From Candidatus Deferrimicrobiaceae bacterium (GTDB lineage: Bacteria; Desulfobacterota; Deferrimicrobia; Deferrimicrobiales; Deferrimicrobiaceae), in assembly GCA_963792415.1 (NCBI GenBank), contig CAWBVY010000001.1:160001-224000 (forward strand): a DNA stretch of 64,000 nucleotides, in the 5' to 3' direction. Made by a program: the position numbers and the translations under genes. The notes under the pieces were generated by a model. It was not told where the DNA came from and did no database searches. It saw nothing but the letters and a program-made list of their open reading frames with translations. Of this stretch, positions 47,918-57,839 are shown in pieces. Positions within the stretch are counted from its first letter, which is position 1; every line of letters starts with the position of its first letter.

Positions 47918-48674
47918 CACGGAGAGCTCGCTTAACTCATTAAAAATAAACGATTTTACTTGGCATCACCAGAAGTGGAAGGAGGGCTCCACCTCGAAGT
48001 GGCTAAAATATTACCGAAACGATGCAAATCAATCCCGACGTGGCCGAGTGTAAAACGGTGAGGGCTTGGGATCAACCCCGCGAACCCAACCAGAAACCCA
48101 AACGAATCCCTTTCCACCCGCGGGTCATCAAAGTACTTCAGGAAACCTTATCGTGAGGCATCGAGCACCCTCGGTAACAACACGAATAATCATATTATTC
48201 AATAAGTTATTATTGATAAAAATTGTCCGCGTTTGAGGATGACATCGTCTAAACGACTCCATCAAGAGTTTTGGATATATAAACATAAATATTGTTAAAT
48301 TTAAAACGCAATCTCGGATGCTTAGGAAACCTAATTTCAAACTGTTTGTCAACAATTAATTTGACTCGGTAAGCTGGAGGATCGTGCAGAGTTCCTCGAT
48401 GCAGATGACACGGAGAAGATCAGAATACCCTGTCTTCATCCTCTTCCCCCGGGGTGTCCAATCGGAGGTTTGCACGGGCTAATCCGTGTGAAAGATTCCA
48501 GCAGGATGTCGGGCAGTCTGCGTTCGAGGGCACCATCCGGTCGGATCAGGAATTCATCGGAGCTGTGGAATTCCACGACGACACGCTTCTTTCACCACGC
48601 CGGACGTGGGAGAATATTCCTGTACGCGGATAACGCCGGGGGAGGTCCCCGCAGGATTCGCTGGAGGCGCGCCG

Positions 48675-49766
48675 ATGCCGGAACTTTCGAAGGAGCGGCT
48701 GGAGCGGTACCTGACCACGTTGTTCCATGCGCCGGTGGCAATCACCGCGCTGGTCCCGCTCCGTGAATCGAAGGCGTCGGGCGCGGCCAAGGAGTACGGG
48801 TACGGCCACCCGGTGAAGGTCGAGTTCACCGTCGGCGCTTCGCGGCGCGCCGCCGTGCTCGAAACGACGAGCCCCGGTCCCTTCGGGCACGAGCACATGG
48901 CGGACCGCGCCCGGATGATGCTGTGGGACCACGGGGCGTACAACGCCCTCCCGAAGCATGTCCGCTCCCTCGACGTGGGCGCGTTCGACCGCGAGGGGAA
49001 CCTCCGCTCCGTCGCGGACGCCGAGGAGTTCTTCCTCCTGGTCGAGCACGTCGAAGGAGCGGCATACATCCGGGACATCGCGCGGCTCCAGGAGGGGGGG
49101 GCGCTGCGCGACCTGGACCTCGCGAGAGCGGACGCCCTGTGCGACTACCTCGCCGGGATCCACTCCGTCCGGGGGCCGGACCCGGGACTCTACGTCCGCA
49201 GGATCCGCGAGCTGCTGGGGGACGGCGAGTGCATCATGGGCGTGTGCGACGGCTATCCCCTCCCCCGCGGGTTCCTCACCGCCCCGCTGCTCGAGGAGAT
49301 CGAGCGGCGTTGCGTGGCCTGGCGCTGGCGCCTGAAAGACCGCGCCGACCGGCTGCGCCAGGTGCACGGGGACTACCACCCCTTCAACATCCTCTTCCGG
49401 GAAGGGACCGACTTCACCGTGCTGGACCGGTCGCGCGGCGAGTGGGGGGAACCCGCGGACGACGTGACCGCCCTCACGGGGAACTACCTGTTCGCGTCCC
49501 TGCAGGCGACGGGCCGGCTCGAAGGTCCCTTCGAAACGTTGTTCCGGCGGTTCTGGGACCGGTACATCGAGCGGACGGGGGACGGGGGGATCCTCGAGAC
49601 CGCCGCGCCGTTCTTCGCGTTTCGCTGCCTCGTCATGGCTTCCCCCGTCTGGTACCCGTCCCTCGACGAGTCGGTTCGCCGGAAACTCTTCTCCTTCCTC
49701 CTCTCGATCCTGGACGCCCCGCGCTTCGAGCCGGAGAAGGTCAACGGGTGGCTCGATGCCCTCTGA
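48675..49766 (+). CDS. aminoglycoside-phosphotransferase-like kinase
   Basis: VHGDYHPFNIL Brenner-type motif, LDRSRG..GEPADD. Confidence 0.8.
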   Translation: MPELSKERLERYLTTLFHAPVAITALVPLRESKASGAAKEYGYGHPVKVEFTVGASRRAAVLETTSPGPFGHEHMADRARMMLWDHGAYNALPKHVRSLDVGAFDREGNLRSVADAEEFFLLVEHVEGAAYIRDIARLQEGGALRDLDLARADALCDYLAGIHSVRGPDPGLYVRRIRELLGDGECIMGVCDGYPLPRGFLTAPLLEEIERRCVAWRWRLKDRADRLRQVHGDYHPFNILFREGTDFTVLDRSRGEWGEPADDVTALTGNYLFASLQATGRLEGPFETLFRRFWDRYIERTGDGGILETAAPFFAFRCLVMASPVWYPSLDESVRRKLFSFLLSILDAPRFEPEKVNGWLDAL

Positions 49767-50325
49767 TCGCGCGCCCGCCTTCGCGGTCTGGCTCACGGGA
49801 CTGCCCGCTTCGGGAAAGTCGACCGTCGCGCGGGCGCTCGAGGCGGAACTGGCGGGGAAGGGGATCCGGGCGGCGGTCCTCGAGTCCGACGCCCTTCGCC
49901 GCGAGATCGCACCGAACGCGGGCTACGGAGAGTCGGAGCGGGACGCGTTTTACGCCACCGTGGCGTACCTCGCGAGGATGCTCGCCCTGCACGGGGTCCC
50001 CGTGATCGTCGACGCGACGGCGAACCGCAGGGCGCACCGTGACCGCGCCCGGGAGGCGATCCCCTGTTTCCTCGAGGTCCACGTCCGCTGCCCGCTCGCG
50101 GTGTGCCAGGCGCGGGACCCGAAGGGGATCTACCGGCGCGGGGCGGAAGGAACGGCGAAAGACGTGCCGGGCGTGTCGGCGCCGTACGAACCGCCGTTGC
50201 TGCCGGAGGTGGTCGTCGACGGAGAAAGAGACGATCCCGCTGCCGCCGCCCGTCGCATCGTGTCGGCGCTCGAGGAGAAGGGGTTCCTCGCGCGCTGTCC
50301 GGGGGACGCGACGGGAACCGAGTGA
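49756..50325 (+). CDS. adenylyl-sulfate kinase-like P-loop kinase
   Basis: WLTGLPASGKST, RDPKGIY, PGVSAPYEPP. Confidence 0.8.
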   Translation: MPSDRAPAFAVWLTGLPASGKSTVARALEAELAGKGIRAAVLESDALRREIAPNAGYGESERDAFYATVAYLARMLALHGVPVIVDATANRRAHRDRAREAIPCFLEVHVRCPLAVCQARDPKGIYRRGAEGTAKDVPGVSAPYEPPLLPEVVVDGERDDPAAAARRIVSALEEKGFLARCPGDATGTE

Positions 50326-50326
50326 G

Positions 50327-50869
50327 CTACAGCTCGTCGAGCGCTCCCGCGTAGGTAGCGAACGTCATGGCGTCGAAGAGGACGAAGCGAACGAGGGAGG
50401 GGGACGCGGGCTCCGAGGAGAGGAACGACGCGACCGTGACCAGCGCCTTCGTGGCCGCGAGCGGAACCGGGTAGCCGTAGATCCCGGTGCTGATGGAGGG
50501 GAAGGCGACCGACCGGAAGCCGTGCTCCGCGGCGATCCGCAGGGCGTTGCGGTAGCAGGAGACGAGCTGCTCCGGCTCCCCCTGGTCTCCGCCGCGCCAC
50601 ACCGGCCCGACCGCGTGGATCACGTACCGCGCGGGCAGGTTCCCGCCGCCGGTCAGGACCGCCTCGCCGGCCGGGCACTCTCCCCGCTCGGCGCGGATCG
50701 CGATGCACTCCTCGTGGATCGCCGGCCCGCCGGCGCGGTGGATCGCGCCGTCGACCCCTCCGCCGCCGAGGAGCGTCGAGTTCGCCGCGTTCACGATCGC
50801 GTCGACCGCCTGGCGCGTGATGTCGCCGAGGACCAGCTCGATGACTCTTCCGGAGAAGGTTTTTTCCAT
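50327..50869 (-). CDS. macro-domain O-acetyl-ADP-ribose deacetylase (YmdB-like)
   Basis: GDIT, AIVNAANS.LLGGGGVDGAIH, AFPSISTGIYGYP. Confidence 0.93.
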   Translation of the reverse strand: MEKTFSGRVIELVLGDITRQAVDAIVNAANSTLLGGGGVDGAIHRAGGPAIHEECIAIRAERGECPAGEAVLTGGGNLPARYVIHAVGPVWRGGDQGEPEQLVSCYRNALRIAAEHGFRSVAFPSISTGIYGYPVPLAATKALVTVASFLSSEPASPSLVRFVLFDAMTFATYAGALDEL

Positions 50870-50903
50870 GGGGCACATTATACGATCAAATCGGACCGAT
50901 TGG

Positions 50904-52269
50904 ATGCGGGAAGCGTTGCGCGTCGCGCTGCGCCGCCGGCCTCCCCTGCGTCGGCTTCTCCGGGGACTCGCACAGGCGATCCCGGCCGCCGGGGGAACGA
51001 TGTATCTCGTCGGGGGGTTCCTGCGGAACATCGTCGAAGGGAGGGAGCCGGGGGACGTGGACCTTCTCGTCACCGGGCTTTCGTACCGGCGGACCGGAGA
51101 CGTTCTCCGCGCGCTTTCCGTCAAGGTGCCGGGCATTCGAAAGGTCGTGGCGGCGGGCAGGCATTTCCCGGTGCATCGGATCGCGGTCGATTGGGGGAAG
51201 GAGTACATCGACGTCTCCAATGCGCGCCCCGGCGGACTCCCTCGCCGGCGGAAACCCGGTTCCGGACGCGACGACGGCCATGGAGGGCCTGAGTGCCGGG
51301 CCAGGCACGGATGCCTCGGGGTCCGTCGTCCCGGCCGACGATCGGGAGGCCGTCGACGACGCATCGCGGAGAGACTTCACCATCAACGCTCTCCTCTTCC
51401 GCCTCGTCCCCGGCTGCTCCATCGAGGACGGTCGCCTGCTCGATCCCTTCGGCGGCTTCGAAGACGTGCGGAGGAGACGGATCCGTTGCGTGGGGGAAGC
51501 GTCGGACCGGTTCCGGGAGGATCCGCTCCGGATCGTTCGCGCGATCCGGCTGAAGAACGAGCGGCACGGTTTCGTTCTCGACCCGGCCACGTCGTCCGCG
51601 ATCCGTCGCCTCGGGCCGACTCTCCTCCCTGCCGCATCGCCGGACCGCATCTCGGTCGAACTGGTCCGCGCCCTTTCCGCCGATCCCGCCGGGACCATGG
51701 ACGATCTTCGGCGGCACGGCCTGCTGAAGGTCCTCCTGCCGGAATCGCGGAAATCCACGGACCGATCGGCGGAACGGACCGCGAACCGATACCGGTTTCT
51801 CCGGCGGTCGCTCGGCGCTCCCCTGCCGATCCACCTGCTCCTCGGAAACCTCCTCGCGGATCTTCCGCCGGATTCGGCGTTGGCGGCCGCGCGTCGCCTG
51901 CGACTGCCGGACCTGCGGTCCGTCGCATCGACATTGCGGTGCCTGCACCTCCTGATGCACCCGGAAACGTTGCGATTCCCCCGGGCGGAAACCGAGGCGG
52001 CGCTCCTCGCCACGGACGACATGCGGGGAGCGATCGCCCTCTACCGCGCGGTGCAGCGCTCCAGGCAACGTCCCGCAAGAAATATCAACCGATTCATGAG
52101 TATGTGTCGCGCAAGATCATTTCTAATAAACGGAATCGGTCTTGAAGAAAACGGATTTCCCGAGGGGCCCGGAAGGAGGAGGATTCTCCTCGCGACCCGC
52201 GAGGCAACGCTTTCGGGGAAGATCAGGACCCGGGATCAAGCCTTGAAAATGGCGGAGAAGTTGACCTGA
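50904..52269 (+). pseudogene. CCA-adding enzyme/poly(A) polymerase-family gene, frameshifted
   Basis: YLVGGFLRN..G..PGDVDL and IDVSNAR in one frame; DASRRDFTINAL, DPFGG, RFREDPLRIVRAIR in the next frame; shift between 51225 and 51350. Confidence 0.8.
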
Positions 52270-52334
52270 TTCCTGCCTCCGAAAGGGAATACAATGATGG
52301 CAGGTACCGACGAAGGACGAGGCAAGGAGGCGTC

Positions 52335-52640
52335 GTGGGCGCCGTGAGCTTGAAGCGGAAGACCGCCGCGGCCCTGCTCGGGCTTGTTCTGTCCTGCGGG
52401 TGCGCGGTACCGCAACAGGAGACCCGTCCGACGGAAGAACCCCCCGGCGTCGGGGTCCGCCTCCCCGGCACGCATCCCATGGACATCGACGTCCGGACGC
52501 AGGAGACGGCCGCCCAGCCGGAGCTCCCCCCCAACGATCCCGAAATGAACCGGCAATGGCTCCGCATTTTCGAGATGGAGCGCATCCCCGGAAAGAGCCC
52601 CCCCCGGGCCCCCGAGGAAGAAACGATCGACAGCCCGTAA
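52335..52640 (+). CDS. small Pro-rich lipoprotein
   Basis: KRKTAAALLGLVLSCGC lipobox; AGGAGG RBS. Confidence 0.65.
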   Translation: MGAVSLKRKTAAALLGLVLSCGCAVPQQETRPTEEPPGVGVRLPGTHPMDIDVRTQETAAQPELPPNDPEMNRQWLRIFEMERIPGKSPPRAPEEETIDSP

Positions 52641-52651
52641 GGTCCGCGGCT

Positions 52652-54226
52652 TCAGCGCGACCTGCCACCTCCTCCTCTCTCTTCTCCGCCTGCTCCGCCT
52701 CGGCGGCCCCCGTCGTCTCCACCGCGATCGACGCGGATCTCCTGGCCGCGCGACCCGGGGTCCGCACTCCGCCCGGCCGGCGGTCCGCCCGATCGGTCCT
52801 CCTTCGGCTCGAGCTCCCGAATGATTTCACGCGCCGGTGGACGAATCACAGGAACGCTGCGAGGCGGAGGCGCCGGCTTCTCCACCTTCCCCGCCTTGGG
52901 TACGGCCTCCCTCGGAGTTCCGGTCCGCCGCTCTTCTCCAGGCGCGGGGCGAGGCGCCGGTTGCCCGGCGGGAGGGCGAACCGCCCGCCCCTCCGGACGC
53001 ACCGTGCGGGTGTCCGGCCGCGGCTGCGCTGCGCGGATCTTCCGGCTCTCCACCTGCCGCTCGGCCCGCACGACGCTATAGTCGCGCCATTCACGGCGAT
53101 CCGTCCCCCCTCGAACGAAGACCCGGCCGCTGTCGAGCGGGCGGTTCCACCCCGCGAGCCGGGCATCGCCGCGAGCGTATCCGGCCGGGCGGTACCGCTC
53201 CCCCGGCCGCAACGGCACCCAGTAGACATTCCTCCCCTCGGGGACGAAGCGGACCGTCGCGGGCCGGAAGTAGACATTGTGGTGGCGATATCGGTTCGCG
53301 CCGAAGACGAAGTTGACGGAAACGAACGCGTTGTAGGGGGACCAGATCCACCCGTAGGCCGGGTCGGCCACCCAGTACCCGCACCGGTACGGATACCACC
53401 CCCACGGCTCGTAGGAAACCCAGGTCCAGCCGTACGGCGAGATCCACGTCCAGTGACCGTACACGTAGGGGGACCACCCCGACGCCACGCGCGGCCGCCA
53501 CACGGTTCCGTACGCAGGCACGTTGACCCATTCGCCGTACTCCACGAGCTCGCTCACCACCACCGGCGGCGCGGCGCCCGGCGCCTGCCCCACGGACTGC
53601 GGCGGCGGCTCGACGGATTCATCGGCCCCTCCCCGGTACCTGCCGACGGTGACATCCCGGCCGATCACCGCCTCGTCGCCGGCGCGAAGGCGATGCTCGT
53701 CGCCGTCCACGGTGACCACCGCCCTGCCGCGGCGCACGACCAGCCGCGTCTCGTCGCTGTCCGTCACGGTCAGCCATTGCCTCCCGGGCTCGGGGAACTG
53801 CGCAACCGCCCCCCCGGGAACCCGGACGGAAACCGGGGCGAAGTCATCCGGCGGGAGGTCGAACCGGATCTCCCCCGCGCGCAGGCGGAAAACGGACTTC
53901 CCCTCCTGAAGGTCGCGAACTTCGAGATCGGTCCCGGAGGTCAGCAGGACGAACTGCCCGCCGTGGAACTGCAGCTCCGCCTCCGACCCGTCCGGGACGC
54001 TCAGGCGGCTGCGCGGTGGAACAGGGGTGTTGCTCGAGATCTCCTCCCAGTCCCCCCCGTCCGACGGGCGGACCCACACGGAGCCGTCCAGCACCTTGAC
54101 CCGGGCGACCGCGTACACGGAGAAACCCCCTTCGGGACCTTCCCCTTCCTGGGCAAGCGCGGGCGGGACCCCGGCGAGAATGAACGCGGCGATCGATGCG
54201 GCGATGATCCAGGCGGCTCGCTTCAT
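52652..54226 (-). CDS. FecR-domain / DUF6600-like Trp-rich secreted protein
   Basis: Signal peptide, FecR-like N-domain, YGEW...W.PY..GHW.W...GWTWVSYEPWGW.PY..G.W; low-complexity tail. Confidence 0.8.
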   Translation of the reverse strand: MKRAAWIIAASIAAFILAGVPPALAQEGEGPEGGFSVYAVARVKVLDGSVWVRPSDGGDWEEISSNTPVPPRSRLSVPDGSEAELQFHGGQFVLLTSGTDLEVRDLQEGKSVFRLRAGEIRFDLPPDDFAPVSVRVPGGAVAQFPEPGRQWLTVTDSDETRLVVRRGRAVVTVDGDEHRLRAGDEAVIGRDVTVGRYRGGADESVEPPPQSVGQAPGAAPPVVVSELVEYGEWVNVPAYGTVWRPRVASGWSPYVYGHWTWISPYGWTWVSYEPWGWYPYRCGYWVADPAYGWIWSPYNAFVSVNFVFGANRYRHHNVYFRPATVRFVPEGRNVYWVPLRPGERYRPAGYARGDARLAGWNRPLDSGRVFVRGGTDRREWRDYSVVRAERQVESRKIRAAQPRPDTRTVRPEGRAVRPPAGQPAPRPAPGEERRTGTPREAVPKAGKVEKPAPPPRSVPVIRPPAREIIRELEPKEDRSGGPPAGRSADPGSRGQEIRVDRGGDDGGRRGGAGGEERGGGGRSR

Positions 54227-54363
54227 GGCACCTTCCCTCCCTTTCCTCATGCCCGTTAGACGGGTCGACGCGTGGAGAATATTCATCCTTTTCCTCGCCG
54301 ATTCGCTGAAATACCAGGCCTGCTATACTTGAAACCCTTATACCACGACGGAGTTTCATCGAA

Positions 54364-55071
54364 TTGTATCGACTCACCGACCGGAACCGGCACATCGGGG
54401 AGATGTTCTCCTCCATCGCTCCCCGGTACGATTTCCTCAACCGGCTGCTGTCGCTGGGGGTGGACCGGCGTTGGCGCCGCCTCGCCGTTGCGGAAACCGT
54501 CCCGGCGACCGGTGGAAGATTCCTGGACGTCGCCACCGGCACGGCCGACATGGCGCTGGAGATCTCGCGCCAGAAAGGCGCGGAAGCTTCCGTCGCCGGC
54601 GTCGACCTCTCCGTGGAGATGATGCGGGTGGGGCAGGAGAAGTGCGCGCGGGCGGGGCGATCCCGAAGCGTCGCGTTCCTCCGGGCGCCGGGGGAGTGCC
54701 TCCCGTTCCGGGACGCCTCCTTCGACTCGGCCTGCGTCGCCTTCGGGATCCGGAACGTGGCCGACCGGGAGCGGGGCCTTCGGGAGATGTGCCGGGCGGT
54801 CCGACCCGGCGGGCGCGTGGTCGTTCTCGAATTCTCCTCGCCGCCGGGGACGTTCTTCGGGGCCCTGTACCGGTTCTACTTCAGGAGCGTCCTGCCGCGG
54901 ATCGGCGGGATCTTCTCGCGGGGATCCGCCTACGCGTACCTGCCCGAGTCGGTGCTCGCGTTCCCCGAGCCTCCCGCCTTCGCCGAAATGATGAGGACGG
55001 CGGGCTGCGCGTCCGTGACCCATCGCCCGCTGACATTCGGGATCGTCACCCTGTACGTCGGGGTGCGGTAA
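54364..55071 (+). CDS. ubiE: ubiquinone/menaquinone C-methyltransferase (UbiE/MenG)
   Basis: MF..IAPRYDFLNRLLSLG.D..WR, LDVATGTAD, FGIRNV, AY.YLPESV. Confidence 0.92.
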   Translation: MYRLTDRNRHIGEMFSSIAPRYDFLNRLLSLGVDRRWRRLAVAETVPATGGRFLDVATGTADMALEISRQKGAEASVAGVDLSVEMMRVGQEKCARAGRSRSVAFLRAPGECLPFRDASFDSACVAFGIRNVADRERGLREMCRAVRPGGRVVVLEFSSPPGTFFGALYRFYFRSVLPRIGGIFSRGSAYAYLPESVLAFPEPPAFAEMMRTAGCASVTHRPLTFGIVTLYVGVR

Positions 55072-55075
55072 GGCG

Positions 55076-56056
55076 TTACATCGCGGAGGCGCTTTCCGCG
55101 TCGAACCACCCCTCGAACAGGGCGGTGGTGAGATACCGCTCCCCGGCGTCGGGGAGGAGCGCCACGATCGTCTTCCCGGCGAACTCCGGAAGCTTCGCGA
55201 GACGCACCGCGACCGCCGCCGCCGCCCCGCACGAGATCCCCGAGAGCAACCCCTCCTCCCGCGCCAGTCGGCGGGCATAGGCGATCGCCTCGTCGTTGGA
55301 GACGGTCTCCACGCGGTCGATCAGCGACAGGTCGAGGACGTCGGGGAGGAACCCCGCTCCGATCCCCTGGATCTTGTGCGGCCCGGGGGCCAGCGGCTTT
55401 CCGTTCCGCGTCTGCGTGATCACCGGGCTGTCGACCGGTTCGACCGCCACCGAGAGGATCTTCTTCCCCTTCGTGCCCTTGAGGAACCGGGTGATCCCGG
55501 TGATCGTCCCGCCGGTGCCGACCCCGCACACGAGAACGTCGACGGCGCCGTCGGTCGCCTCCCAGATCTCCGGTCCCGTGGTCGTCTCGTGCACCAGCGG
55601 GTTGGCGGGATTCTTGAATTGCTGCGGCATGAAGTGCCGCGACGGATCCGAGGCGACGATCTCCTCCGCCTTCGCGATCGCCCCCTTCATCCCCTTCGCC
55701 CCCTCGGTGAGCACGAGCTTCGCGCCGAATGCCTTCAGCACCTGCCGCCGCTCGACGCTCATCGTCTCGGGCATCGTCAGGACGATCCCGTAGCCGCGAG
55801 CGGCCGCGACGAAGGCGAGGGCGATCCCGGTGTTTCCGGAGGTGGGCTCGACGATCGTCTTCCCCGGCCCGAGCAACCCCTTCTTCTCGGCGTCCCAGAC
55901 CATCGCTGCGCCGATGCGGCATTTCACGGAGTAGGCGGGGTTCCGCCCCTCCACCTTGGCGAGCACGGTCGCACCGGCTCCGTCGGTGATCCGGTTGAGC
56001 TTCACGAGGGGAGTCTTTCCGATCGAAAGCGAATTGTCCGGGAACCAGGTGCCCAT
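55076..56056 (-). CDS. cysK: cysteine synthase A
   Basis: [33 protein letters not shown]. Confidence 0.96.
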   Translation of the reverse strand: MGTWFPDNSLSIGKTPLVKLNRITDGAGATVLAKVEGRNPAYSVKCRIGAAMVWDAEKKGLLGPGKTIVEPTSGNTGIALAFVAAARGYGIVLTMPETMSVERRQVLKAFGAKLVLTEGAKGMKGAIAKAEEIVASDPSRHFMPQQFKNPANPLVHETTTGPEIWEATDGAVDVLVCGVGTGGTITGITRFLKGTKGKKILSVAVEPVDSPVITQTRNGKPLAPGPHKIQGIGAGFLPDVLDLSLIDRVETVSNDEAIAYARRLAREEGLLSGISCGAAAAVAVRLAKLPEFAGKTIVALLPDAGERYLTTALFEGWFDAESASAM

Positions 56057-56069
56057 CGCGCAACCCCCT

Positions 56070-56114
56070 TAATGTCTATAGTCTATATAGTATTTATTCC
56101 GCGCCGACTGTCAA
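56070..56114 (-). promoter_or_regulatory. cysK promoter with AT-rich operator
   Basis: Minus strand TTGACA-16 nt-TACTAT overlapped by imperfect palindrome AATACTATA-TAGAC-TATAGACATT. Confidence 0.55.
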
Positions 56115-56145
56115 CAGGAAATACCGCACCGGACATCCCATCGGG

Positions 56146-56961
56146 CTATCTCTTCAGGTAGACGATCAGCGAGGAGGCGAAGACGACGAGGAAATGGGCT
56201 TCGCGCGAATCGACCGGCCCCTCGCCGGAAGGTGAATCCACCCCGTCGATCGGCAGTCCGCTCAGCACGTGCGCCCGGCGCAGGAGGAGATCGATCCCCC
56301 TCGACAGTTCCGGCGGGATCCGTGCCGCCGCCGCCGCGTGCGCCACCGACCCCACGACGAGGGGGGCTTCCTCCTCCCCCTTCCGGACCTCCCGCGCCGC
56401 CACTTCCCTGGCAACGGCCGCCACCGCGAGGACCGATTCGCGGATCGCATCCCGGAACGAAGGTTCGGGACGCCGCGAAAGGTACGCCACGGCGGTTTCC
56501 ATGTGGCGCTGCGCCGCGGCCATGTCGAACAGCCGCACCGTCTCCACGGCCTGCGCCACCTCGTCGAAACCGAGGACATCCTGAAAGGGGCGAAACCGGT
56601 CGTGGTACAGGCGCACGTCCGCCCCTTCCCGCTCGAGCAGGTCGTTCAATCCCCTGCGGATCAGTTTCCGGTCCATCTCCTTCAGCCCGGCGTGGTCGTC
56701 CTGAAGGAAAAATTCGAACAGGTCGTAGAGGCGGTGGTCCGGGAGGTCGAAGAACAGGTTCTTCAGGGCGAGACGCGAGGCGTCGTTGTCGGAAAGGGGA
56801 AGCTCGTCGATCGGTTCCCTGAAGAAGGAGAGGCAGGCGCCCCGCAGAACGGTCGTCCAGGCGATGTGGGCGAAATCGGTCGAGGACACCACCCGGAACA
56901 GGAGGTTCCAGAGGGAGTTCCGCAGCGGTGTCCCCGATTTCCCGCGCTCGCCGGTTTCCAC
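56146..56961 (-). CDS. AbiJ-NTD4-like domain protein
   Basis: LRNSLWN N-terminus, ..LYDLFEF, H...A...LS.RPEP..RDAIRESV.AV, EAHFLVV.ASS.I.YL. Confidence 0.6.
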   Translation of the reverse strand: METGERGKSGTPLRNSLWNLLFRVVSSTDFAHIAWTTVLRGACLSFFREPIDELPLSDNDASRLALKNLFFDLPDHRLYDLFEFFLQDDHAGLKEMDRKLIRRGLNDLLEREGADVRLYHDRFRPFQDVLGFDEVAQAVETVRLFDMAAAQRHMETAVAYLSRRPEPSFRDAIRESVLAVAAVAREVAAREVRKGEEEAPLVVGSVAHAAAAARIPPELSRGIDLLLRRAHVLSGLPIDGVDSPSGEGPVDSREAHFLVVFASSLIVYLKR

Positions 56962-56979
56962 GAAGGGGATTATACCCCC

Positions 56980-57315
56980 CTACCGCTGCGCCTCCCAGTG
57001 CCCGGGAACCCACTGCCGTTCATACCGTCCTTCGTAGTGGCCCGGCACCCAGACCGGCTCCGGCGGAGGCGCGTAGTAGACGCGCGGCGCGGGAGCGTAG
57101 GCCGGCTCGTAGGAGTGCGAGAGGACGGTGCCGAGAATGGCCCCTCCCACAAGTCCGACGAAGAATGCCCCGGCACTGTTGCCAGCGTAGGCGTAACGCC
57201 CGCCGTGGCCGTGGTAGCCACCGTAAACCGGGTAGCCGCCGCGTCCGCCCGCCGACGCTGCCATCGGAGCCGCGATAAACCCCACCGTAAGTATTATGGC
57301 GATCAGTTTCCTCAT
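56980..57315 (-). CDS. small secreted Gly/Tyr/Pro-rich protein with WVPGH repeats
   Basis: Signal peptide; VWVPGHY and WVPGHW (YXWGXW-like); GGAG RBS. Confidence 0.7.
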   Translation of the reverse strand: MRKLIAIILTVGFIAAPMAASAGGRGGYPVYGGYHGHGGRYAYAGNSAGAFFVGLVGGAILGTVLSHSYEPAYAPAPRVYYAPPPEPVWVPGHYEGRYERQWVPGHWEAQR

Positions 57316-57374
57316 GGTCGTCTCCTTCCTTCCCGTTCGTGATCCTCAGACGAGGGAGGGAAGGGAGATATTCA

Positions 57375-57839
57375 CTACTCCGCGGAGATGAGGAGGATCA
57401 GGACGCCGGACTGGTGGGAGGGCCCGCCGACGAGGACCATGCCGCCCCGGCGGAGCCCGAGGGTGGTGGTGAGGAGATTCCTCGGCCCCTCGGAGATCCG
57501 TATGGAGAGGCGAACCTTGTTCCCCCGGGCCGGCAAAGGGGTCGCCTGCAACGTGCGCCGGTCGGGAAGCTCGAACTCCCCGGTCTCCCCGACGGACAGG
57601 GAGCGACGCTTGCGGTCGAGCATCCGGTAGGAGGTGTAGTTGAACATCGACTGAAGCTTCTCCCGGATCGTCCCGAGGGCCGGGTCGATCGAGGTCCCCT
57701 CGTTGGAGGCGTAGACCGCCCCGACGTCGACGGTAACCGTATCGGCGGCTTCGGACGGACCGGCGGCGAGCAGCGCCAGGAGCAGGAGGAAGAAAAGGGC
57801 CGGCGCGCCCGCCCGGCCGCGCGGGTCAGGACTTGGCAT
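57375..57839 (-). CDS. secreted hypothetical protein in ECF operon
   Basis: Signal peptide; FNYTSY, VLVGGP; overlaps the anti-sigma gene end. Confidence 0.7.
   Translation of the reverse strand: MPSPDPRGRAGAPALFFLLLLALLAAGPSEAADTVTVDVGAVYASNEGTSIDPALGTIREKLQSMFNYTSYRMLDRKRRSLSVGETGEFELPDRRTLQATPLPARGNKVRLSIRISEGPRNLLTTTLGLRRGGMVLVGGPSHQSGVLILLISAE

Noticed and set aside
48128-48355. 75-aa ORF in AT-rich intergenic region
   Set aside because: No RBS or recognisable motif; more likely regulatory DNA.
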